A stretch of 64,000 nucleotides of DNA from NCBI GenBank assembly GCA_040901985.1, contig JBBDYC010000008.1:48490-112489 (forward strand), written 5' to 3'. The translations under genes and the position numbers were made by a program. Origin of the DNA: Gemmatimonadaceae bacterium. Its GTDB lineage: Bacteria > Gemmatimonadota > Gemmatimonadetes > Gemmatimonadales > Gemmatimonadaceae. A model generated the notes under the pieces. The model was not told the origin of the DNA and did not search any database. It worked only from the letters and a program-made list of their open reading frames with translations. Numbering within the stretch: position 1 is the stretch's first letter; each line of letters starts with the position of its first letter. Positions 18,825 to 26,031 of this stretch are shown here, piece after piece.

Positions 18825-19481
18825 CGGATCTCGAATGCGCGCCACAAGCCAAACCTCCGTGTCGTTTGGCAGCCGATGCGCCACGAGCCACACGTGACAA
18901 CGCTTTCGAACGCGAAGCGCGCGACTCTTGTAAACTGAGAAAGGAAGGAAGCAGGTCACCTCGGCTGCGTAACCGTAATCCGGATCGGCGTCGGCACGAA
19001 GGCGCAACTCAACGTGCGGCTCACTCACGAGCTTGCCTAAGAATCCACGGCTGACCGGATTCTCTGGATAGCTAAGACGCTTGAAGAAGTTCACCTGCCG
19101 CGCCTCTGATATGATTTGACCCTCTATTTCCTCCGAGTCTCCTTCAGGTACGACCGAGACAACCGTCTCTTTCCCGGTCTCGGAAAAGATGTCCCTTTGA
19201 AGTCGGTCGAGCACGGCTGGCGGCACGTCCACGCCACGCTCCACGGCCGCGGCTTCGATGAGTCGCTTGGTCTCTTGGGCGGAGACCCCGCGAGCGCGGA
19301 ACTGACGAATCTGGTAAGGGACGCACGTGCGCGCGTGAAGCGGCCACGGTTCACCCGGACTCTCAAAGAATACTCGCGAACCGCAGCTGCAAGAGAAGAA
19401 GTAGACGCGCGCGGTGCAGTCTTGGCATGTCGTACGCCACATTCTCGAAGAGCAACCCGAGGCATGATTTGGAACGCCCAC
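18819..19481 (-). CDS. Cassette protein with Cys/His-rich Zn-binding N-terminus
   Basis: HASGC...CQDC...CSCG...PWPLHARTC. Confidence 0.65.
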   Translation of the reverse strand: MGVPNHASGCSSRMWRTTCQDCTARVYFFSCSCGSRVFFESPGEPWPLHARTCVPYQIRQFRARGVSAQETKRLIEAAAVERGVDVPPAVLDRLQRDIFSETGKETVVSVVPEGDSEEIEGQIISEARQVNFFKRLSYPENPVSRGFLGKLVSEPHVELRLRADADPDYGYAAEVTCFLPFSVYKSRALRVRKRCHVWLVAHRLPNDTEVWLVARIRDPG

Positions 19482-19501
19482 TCAGTTGGCCCTCTAGATC
19501 G

Positions 19502-19601
19502 GTGTAGCGTTTACTTCCGCTGCGAGCGCTTTCACAAAATGGTGCCGTGGCCCCACAACCGCCACCTCAGCTGCGTTCGTCGGCAGCAAGGGTCGCTATG
19601 T
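19502..19601 (-). repeat. attC site with variant cores
   Basis: ACATAGC gaccc TTGCTGCCGACGAACGC...GCGCTCGCAGCGGAA gtaaac GCTACAC. Confidence 0.7.
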
Positions 19602-20531
19602 CGCCGCGAGCCATCGCGCTACTTCGGTGATCACGTGAACTGCCGGAGGCGCGCCAAAGGCGGCCAGCCACTCGTCAGCCGAACCGTGAACGAGGACACC
19701 CTGTCTCGGCAAGCAGAGCGCGAGCCGAGTGAAGCCAAACGGTGCATGGCCGTGGCTGCGGCTCCTGTCAAATGCGAAGTAACAGATCAGTTGAGCGACC
19801 GCCTTGGCCTGAGCACCGGCTTGGGTACACTTGAGCTCCACGAGCGTGTCCCCGGAGATCCAGTCTCCATCGCTTGCGATTACTGGACCGATGCCGCCGA
19901 AGCGCGGGTTGGGGAAGAAGTCACCGCCTATGCGAGTGTCGCGAACGTTTCGCAGTAGCGCTGCAATCTCCGCAAGGCTTTGTGGTGGAATGATGCGCTC
20001 AAACCACAAGCGAGCCGCGCGCGGAGAAATATGTCTTGGCAGCAATGAACTATTGATATCGCTCAGAGGCCGATAGCCCCGCCTCACAGGATCGAGCATT
20101 CCCAAGACTGCGAGCCATCCGAGGTAGGCTTCGCTATGAAAGTGTCCGCGACTGGGCAAGCGATAGCGGGCGATCGCATCTGCGATTTGCCGCGAGGCCG
20201 GGCCTCGACCGCGCAACCAAGTGATGGCAGGTTGCGCGATGTCGACACCAGACAAGTGGAGAACACCTCGATCTACTGCTTGGCCCACAACCGAGTAGAG
20301 AGATTGCGACCTCGTCGCTTCAGATGCTGGTACTGCGAGCCCAGTGCGAGCGGCGCAATTGATAGCTGCAATGGTGCTGCGAGACTGGGGAAGGAGCTGA
20401 CGCGTAAACTCAGGGGTTGCGCGCAAGAAGTCCGAAAGTGGCGCCCGCGCTGGCTTCTTCTGCGGAGCATCGAGTCTCCATTGCTTAACCTCCCGCGCAG
20501 GGAGTGAAAGCTGGCTAAGTGCGATGCGCAT
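19596..20531 (-). CDS. Cassette protein with C-terminal PD-(D/E)XK nuclease domain
   Basis: NPRFG...SDGDWISGDTLVELKC...QLICY. Confidence 0.7.
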   Translation of the reverse strand: MRIALSQLSLPAREVKQWRLDAPQKKPARAPLSDFLRATPEFTRQLLPQSRSTIAAINCAARTGLAVPASEATRSQSLYSVVGQAVDRGVLHLSGVDIAQPAITWLRGRGPASRQIADAIARYRLPSRGHFHSEAYLGWLAVLGMLDPVRRGYRPLSDINSSLLPRHISPRAARLWFERIIPPQSLAEIAALLRNVRDTRIGGDFFPNPRFGGIGPVIASDGDWISGDTLVELKCTQAGAQAKAVAQLICYFAFDRSRSHGHAPFGFTRLALCLPRQGVLVHGSADEWLAAFGAPPAVHVITEVARWLAAT

Positions 20532-20549
20532 CCGACCTCAAGTCAGTCC

Positions 20550-20684
20550 ACATCGCATTTGCCGGTGCTGTGGACGCTCATTCAAAAAGACTCTGGCGGC
20601 GTGGCCGCAACCAGCCCGGGTCATCACGGCCACCCCGTCCAACCCATCATTACGCGCGGCCGTCGGCAGAAAGCGTCGCTATCC
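20550..20684 (-). repeat. Degenerate attC site
   Basis: GGATAGC gacgc TTTCTGCCGACGGCCGC...GCGTCCACAGCAC...GCGATGT. Confidence 0.6.
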
Positions 20685-21266
20685 ATTCGCGGGCCGAATC
20701 GCAGCTGGGTGTGGAGTTCCAGCGGTCTGCCCCACGAGGGAAAAGAGCATTCCGCCGCGAACGGTAAGACGCTGCAGAGTTCGCGGATTGGACTCAATGG
20801 AAGCATGAAAGCGCTCCCAGCCGCGAACAACGGCATTCGCGAGATCCTCCAGTTGTACAGCAACCGCCTCCTTCTCGTCGCTCACGGCAATGAGCCGCCT
20901 AAGTGCCGGTAGAGAGCCGCTCCCCAATGCGTAGGAGATTGGGCGAGCCTTTCCCTTGCGCTGAAGTGCAGAATAGGCAGAGAACGAATGCAGAACTCCG
21001 CACCGTGCGGCATACAGATCAAGTGCCGAGCAGTCGAGTCCCGACTGGGGCAGCAGGTACTCGTCAACCCACCTTACGAAATCTTTCTTGGTGACGTCGC
21101 CACCGTGTTCAACAGAAAGCCACGCGGCCGCATCGATCGTCGAGTAGAGAACGACGAGAAAGGATTGAATGTGTCCTTTATCGAGGAGAACTCTGAGGCT
21201 CGCGAACGACTGGTCGAATGCACTGCGAATTGAGAGCGCGCTTAGCGCGGCAAGGTCCTGTGCCAT
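20679..21266 (-). CDS. Cassette protein, HEPN-like
   Basis: ATG immediately after attC core; helical, LYAARCGVLH (Rx4H). Confidence 0.65.
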   Translation of the reverse strand: MAQDLAALSALSIRSAFDQSFASLRVLLDKGHIQSFLVVLYSTIDAAAWLSVEHGGDVTKKDFVRWVDEYLLPQSGLDCSALDLYAARCGVLHSFSAYSALQRKGKARPISYALGSGSLPALRRLIAVSDEKEAVAVQLEDLANAVVRGWERFHASIESNPRTLQRLTVRGGMLFSLVGQTAGTPHPAAIRPANG

Positions 21267-21400
21267 AGATAACGTTTGGTTGTGCTGCAGCCGATCAAAC
21301 AACATGCGGGACGGCGGCCACGCCGACCCCTGCCTTACAATAGAGCGTGGCCGCCGTCCCGCTACATTAGCCCGGCTGTCTGCACCAACCACCGTTAGGC
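21267..21400 (-). repeat. attC site (intact)
   Basis: GCCTAAC ggtgg TTGGTGCAGACAGCCG...TCGGCTGCAGCACAA ccaaac GTTATCT. Confidence 0.85.
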
Positions 21401-21413
21401 TGGGCGGGCCACG

Positions 21414-22163
21414 CTATAGGGCCTTGAAGTAGGTCGCGCCATCGAGCTGTCGGAAAAGGAACGAGATGAAACTGAGGATATCAAGAGCATCCTCCTTCAG
21501 AATCGGCCAGTCGAGTGCGGGCTCGTGCGCGGTCGGATTGCGAATGGCCTGCATCAGGCCGGCCGAAAGGAACTTCACGCCGTCCTGCACATTGCGATCT
21601 GTGTCCGTCACGCACGCAGTGATCTTTAGGACTCCCTTCTCCGCACCCAGTACGTCGAGCATCAACGACTGGCCATCTTTGGAGCTCTTGGACTTTCGCT
21701 TTACTTCCACGTTGTAGACTTTCGCGGACTCGAATACCGCGTGGAAATAGTTGCCCTGGAGAAACAGCTTGCGCGAGTGTTGCACCACGGTGGAGTGAAA
21801 TCGACGACTCGCGAACAGCTCTAGATTCTCTTTGTTCACGATGGAGGCACCGATACCCGCCTCGCTGAGGATGCGCTGGACCGCTTCGCGTTCGGCTTCG
21901 GCCGATATCTTGAGGCAGAACTGAACGAGGAGCCTGTCTCGCTCCTCACCGGTCAGTGGCTGTTTCGCCAGAGTCAGAATCCAGTCGTGCACCAGCTGCG
22001 CGCGCAGTGACGTAATCGCGTCGTTGACGAACGACTGCTTCTGAAACCGAAAGAGTGCGCCCGCAACGCGATTAATCTCGTTGACTGTGGACGACCACTT
22101 GAAGATGTCTCCGACTTCAACGGCGATCGCGCGATAGTTCGGAGCCACTCTCTCTCCGTTCAC
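21414..22163 (-). CDS. TIGR02391/Ymh-family (HEPN-related) cassette protein
   Basis: GNYFHAVFESAK...DGQSLM...IRNPTAHEP...DALDILSFIS; GTG start downstream of attC. Confidence 0.8.
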   Translation of the reverse strand: MNGERVAPNYRAIAVEVGDIFKWSSTVNEINRVAGALFRFQKQSFVNDAITSLRAQLVHDWILTLAKQPLTGEERDRLLVQFCLKISAEAEREAVQRILSEAGIGASIVNKENLELFASRRFHSTVVQHSRKLFLQGNYFHAVFESAKVYNVEVKRKSKSSKDGQSLMLDVLGAEKGVLKITACVTDTDRNVQDGVKFLSAGLMQAIRNPTAHEPALDWPILKEDALDILSFISFLFRQLDGATYFKAL

Positions 22164-22180
22164 GGTTAAGGTGGACCTCA

Positions 22181-22280
22181 GCCGAATGTGTGCTTCTGCT
22201 GCGAGCGCTTCCATAAAGTGGAGCAGTGGCCCCACAACCGCTACCGCACCTGCGCTTGTCGGCAGCAACCCTCGCTATGC
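22181..22280 (-). repeat. attC site with variant cores
   Basis: GCATAGC gaggg TTGCTGCCGACAAGCGC...GCGCTCGCAGCAGAA gcacac ATTCGGC. Confidence 0.7.
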
Positions 22281-22321
22281 AGCCGCGACGAGAGGTCATG
22301 TACTAGGTTGGCAGGCTACGG

Positions 22322-23218
22322 CTACGGGACAAGCAGGAAGTTGAACAAGTAAATGCCGTAGTTGTCCTGCACCCAACAATCGACGTGACACGCGCGGCCG
22401 ACAGGAACAGAAAGTGGGACCCCTGAGGAATGCCGAAAGTCGCGAAGGTCCTTGCTGAGAGTTTGTCGAGCCGAAAGCCGAGGAATCACAGCGTAGAATG
22501 CGTCTACGAAGGCCCAGCTATTGCGCGGCTGGTCGCCCACAAAGAGCCCTAAGCGGACCGACTGCATGTCGGTGTCTCCGAGGTTTTCGAGGCTGATTGA
22601 GTCCGTTGTCAGGGCAACGGCCATGTGGACTCGATGCTCAACCCCTTCGTGCGGGCGTAGATTGCGCAGTGGTCGGGCGTCAATCGAAAATGTTCCGGTC
22701 AGTGGAGGAATAGCAGGAAACGCCAGACCTGCAGAAGCCTTTGGCGCTTGAGCGAACGAGATACCCCTTTCCCTCGCCTTTTTGAAAGCCTCTCGTAGCG
22801 TGTCAAGTGCGAACGCGTTGGAGCGTTGCTGATACTCCCTCGCCAAGCGCTGCTTAAGCTCCTCAAGCCCATCGGCAATCTGCGGAAGTTCGGAAGCCCC
22901 TTTCAAGAGAGCATACGCAGCTGGGATGCCGACTGCGACTATAAGATACGCCTCGATGACAAATGAGCCCTTATACGCATCTCCAATCCTTACCTTAGGC
23001 CGCTCTTCAGGCGAAAGCCCGACTCTGGCAAAGTACTCGTCTGCAATCTCAGAGACAGTCGCCACGAAGAGCTGCTTCCACTTGCCAGAGTACTCCATAA
23101 GAAAGTTGTCGTCACGGGCAAACCACTCGTCAGCTGCATGGTCGGTCATCCAGCGGCGAACTTCATCCGTGAAGGCGAGTTCCGCGCGGAGATTGGCGAT
23201 GACTGTCTCGCGTTCCAT
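22322..23218 (-). CDS. Hypothetical cassette protein with central hydrophobic helix
   Basis: 298-aa ORF filling the space between two attC sites. Confidence 0.7.
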   Translation of the reverse strand: MERETVIANLRAELAFTDEVRRWMTDHAADEWFARDDNFLMEYSGKWKQLFVATVSEIADEYFARVGLSPEERPKVRIGDAYKGSFVIEAYLIVAVGIPAAYALLKGASELPQIADGLEELKQRLAREYQQRSNAFALDTLREAFKKARERGISFAQAPKASAGLAFPAIPPLTGTFSIDARPLRNLRPHEGVEHRVHMAVALTTDSISLENLGDTDMQSVRLGLFVGDQPRNSWAFVDAFYAVIPRLSARQTLSKDLRDFRHSSGVPLSVPVGRACHVDCWVQDNYGIYLFNFLLVP

Positions 23219-23260
23219 GGTCGGTGGTCTGAGGTGATGACACCAAGCGAGCTAGAGTCC

Positions 23261-23327
23261 GCATAACGTGTGCTCCTTCTGCAACCGCTACCGCACCCGC
23301 GCTTGTCGGCAGCAAGCGTCGCTAGCT
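23261..23327 (-). repeat. Short attC site
   Basis: AGCTAGC gacgc TTGCTGCCGAC...GCAGAA...cacac GTTATGC. Confidence 0.7.
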
Positions 23328-24386
23328 GGTGCGGCGGTCGCGCATCCAGCCGGCCACCGGACGAACAAGCCGGCCGGACGGAATCGAGGAGACCTCAAGA
23401 GTCTCAAGATTGTAGTCGTGTGCTGAACGAAGGTCGATCCAGACACCCTTGGGGCTCAGCGCAAGGCGAACATCGTAGGGACGTTCGCTAAAGAGGATGA
23501 CAGTACCAAGAATGTCTGTGGACTCGTCTGCGTCCCAGGTGGCGGCAATGAAGTGGTGCCTGCCAGCACGCTCACCCGCGTGACGATTCTGGTCCTCGGA
23601 TCTGGGTTCCATCGGCCGGACGAACGCACGCATGTCTCCCTCTCCGTAACGAATGAAGCACCGAATGGGATTGAAGTCAGGCGAGTATACAAATGTCGGG
23701 TACTCCTTAGCCGTTACCTTTGCCAAGTAATTGAATGCGATTTTTGCGACCGCACGCCGCACAATTGCATCGACAGTCTGTCTCACCTCGAGCTGGAACT
23801 CGAAGCCGTCTGGCGGTGGCGTAAACTGCTCACCAGGACGAAACGTGAGACCGTGCGTCGCCAAGTGCTCGATCAGTCGGTCCTTTGCTCCCGGATGCTG
23901 GACGGACCAGAATAGATCCTTCCTTTCAACATCAATGTCCGGTACAGACTTCGGATCTGTGGTGACGAGTTCGGCCTCAGTCATGCAAATAAACCCGCCG
24001 CTCTTGAGCCGGAAACGGACCTGCGGGCGTAGCACAAACCCTATTCGACCGTCGGAACTGCCCGGCGCTAGCTCAAGATAGAGCGGACCCAGCGGCGAAT
24101 CGGGAGGCAGCTGAACGGTGACTCGGGACTTCCTAATCTCGTAGGCCTCGTCCGCGGGTTTGAGTCCGAGTGTAAGCCGCAGCATCGCCTCGACCGAGTC
24201 CCGTGTGAGGACCAAGTCTAGGGTCCTGCCAAACTCTGTGTTGCACGTTGCGCAAACCCTTGGGTCCTCGGAAGGAGTCAGCGTGAGAGCTCCCTGAAAG
24301 CCACCGAACGCTGCGTGGAGAACGTGCTCCCGATTGAACTGTTCGAGAGGCTTCGTTTCGAGACAGTAGATGCAGAGCGCCTTCAG
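23322..24386 (-). CDS. HNH endonuclease cassette protein
   Basis: Frame stays open upstream of the track ORF: CIYC...NREHVLHAAFGG...VCATCNTEFG; GGAG + CTG start at 24386; AVAKIAFNY. Confidence 0.75.
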   Translation of the reverse strand: MKALCIYCLETKPLEQFNREHVLHAAFGGFQGALTLTPSEDPRVCATCNTEFGRTLDLVLTRDSVEAMLRLTLGLKPADEAYEIRKSRVTVQLPPDSPLGPLYLELAPGSSDGRIGFVLRPQVRFRLKSGGFICMTEAELVTTDPKSVPDIDVERKDLFWSVQHPGAKDRLIEHLATHGLTFRPGEQFTPPPDGFEFQLEVRQTVDAIVRRAVAKIAFNYLAKVTAKEYPTFVYSPDFNPIRCFIRYGEGDMRAFVRPMEPRSEDQNRHAGERAGRHHFIAATWDADESTDILGTVILFSERPYDVRLALSPKGVWIDLRSAHDYNLETLEVSSIPSGRLVRPVAGWMRDRRTS

Positions 24387-24414
24387 TGTTGGCTCCAGTG
24401 ACGATGCTGCATCC

Positions 24415-24510
24415 AGCTAACGTGGGATTTTGCTGCGGACACTCCAATAAGATGCGGGCGCGAAGCGCCAGCCTCAATAGAGTGGCCGTCAGTACCAAGC
24501 GGCGTTAGCT
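24415..24510 (-). repeat. attC site (intact)
   Basis: AGCTAAC ... GTTAGCT with internal CTGACGGCCAC/GTGTCCGCAG stem; near-copy of 25382-25478. Confidence 0.9.
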
Positions 24511-25377
24511 CGCGACTCGGCTCGATCCATCCGTGGCCATAAGCACCAGAGGAAGGTTCAGTCGAGAGACGACGAGGTAATGGAGTATCAAGTCAGCGCC
24601 ATTCAAGAAGTCGTCCCGCTCGTTCTCTGAGAGTTCGTCCTTGAGTGCAAGTGCAGATCGCTTGTCGACTAGATGCCTAGTCTCCCTTCGATTGTTACTG
24701 ATGTCGAAGAACCAGGGCAATGCGCGAGGGAGGGATGCGATTACCGCCGGAGGCATCGCCGCCTGTTTCGCCGTTAGATCCATGCCTGGCAGCAACTCGC
24801 GCCCCAGCTCGAGGCCTTTGCTGAGCAAGAGAGGAGCGAGCGAGGGATCGTGAGTGGTCAGAGCGCCATAATGGAGCTGACCGAGTTCCGCCGTGGTTGT
24901 ATCAGCACTTCCGATCGCCTCGAGAGCCCGCAGCGTGTCGTCGAGCGGAGTTGCGGGCAGCACTCTCGTGCGCGGACGCGACGCAATCCCGTCGAGTAGC
25001 TCCCAGTCGTCTGCCGCGATGAGTTCTTTGCTGGTTGCGTCGAGCGACCAAGCGCGCGGCACTTGTTGCGGCTGAATAAGGTATCGAAACGTCTTTCCAT
25101 TGAGCGGCCAACCGGTTGCGTAGTTGAAAGCGCGGTCAACATCTCGGGCGAGGTCACAGGCGCGCATGAACACGATACCGGGATCATCACCTTCCTCAAT
25201 CGCGCCGTCCAGCTGAATCTGGTAGGCTGGACCTGAGATGCTCTCGTGCCAAGTGACGGACTCAGACAGTGTCCACACTCCGCGAGTCTCCGAGTGCGGT
25301 GCGAGCTTGGTGTCGACCTCAACGCGAATCGGGTGCGAATGAAGCGACAACAACCGAGGCGGAATAGTTCGCTCCAA
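24505..25377 (-). CDS. Cassette protein, possibly HEPN-like
   Basis: Stop codon lies inside attC R''; C-terminal helical region with RRETRH (Rx4H). Confidence 0.6.
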   Translation of the reverse strand: MERTIPPRLLSLHSHPIRVEVDTKLAPHSETRGVWTLSESVTWHESISGPAYQIQLDGAIEEGDDPGIVFMRACDLARDVDRAFNYATGWPLNGKTFRYLIQPQQVPRAWSLDATSKELIAADDWELLDGIASRPRTRVLPATPLDDTLRALEAIGSADTTTAELGQLHYGALTTHDPSLAPLLLSKGLELGRELLPGMDLTAKQAAMPPAVIASLPRALPWFFDISNNRRETRHLVDKRSALALKDELSENERDDFLNGADLILHYLVVSRLNLPLVLMATDGSSRVAS

Positions 25378-25381
25378 GTCG

Positions 25382-25478
25382 AGCTAACGTGGGATTGTGC
25401 TGCGGACACTCTAGTAAAATGCAGCGTCGCAGGCGCTGCTACCATAGCGTGGCCGTCAGCCACCACGCGTCGTTATCC
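25382..25478 (-). repeat. attC site (intact)
   Basis: GGATAAC ... GTTAGCT; stem with two extrahelical bases. Confidence 0.9.
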
Positions 25479-26003
25479 TGCACGCACATCAGTCGATACG
25501 GGGAGGCTCAGTCGGAGCCAGCGGCGCGCGCAAGCGCTTTCCCCGGCGTCTATGAGTGAAGCGCGAAATAGCTGAGTCCGGGGCTTGGCGAGTCTAAAGA
25601 GCGGCTCGCTCGTCGGGAGATACGCATAGAACTCACGCACGGATTCGGCCGGGACTTGCGCTGTAGCGAAGCGGCTATACAGCGGGAGCGTGGCAACGTG
25701 CCCAAGAACTCCTGACAGCACCAGCGCTTTGAGCTCGACACCAATCCGTCCCTGGTTCTGGACGCGCAAGGTAATCGTGGGCGCCGGCGGACCCACGAAT
25801 GTGTCAGTCGACGGGTCGTAGCTTGAGGACGGATGTTGAGACCCAAATCCTACGGAGAAATGCAGTCGCGGCACGTCCCGGAGGCGCTGTGCGCGTCCAA
25901 CAACGATCGTCGCGAGGATTCCAAGGAGCCCGACAACCGCAGTGAGCATCTCGCCCGCAGAAATCTCTTCGACAATTGCGGACAAGAGGCCGGTCTCTAC
26001 CAC
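25473..26003 (-). CDS. First cassette: single-TM hypothetical protein
   Basis: AAGGAG RBS + GTG; hydrophobic LTAVVGLLGILATIVVG followed by beta-rich domain. Confidence 0.6.
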   Translation of the reverse strand: MVETGLLSAIVEEISAGEMLTAVVGLLGILATIVVGRAQRLRDVPRLHFSVGFGSQHPSSSYDPSTDTFVGPPAPTITLRVQNQGRIGVELKALVLSGVLGHVATLPLYSRFATAQVPAESVREFYAYLPTSEPLFRLAKPRTQLFRASLIDAGESACARRWLRLSLPVSTDVRAG

Positions 26004-26031
26004 CTGAGTCTCCTTGTCTGGATAACGAGTG

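Noticed and set aside
12977..25478. Dispersed repeats as a CRISPR array or REP/MITE family
   Set aside because: They are separated by whole genes, are imperfect palindromes with AAC/GTT ends, and no cas genes are present; attC fits better
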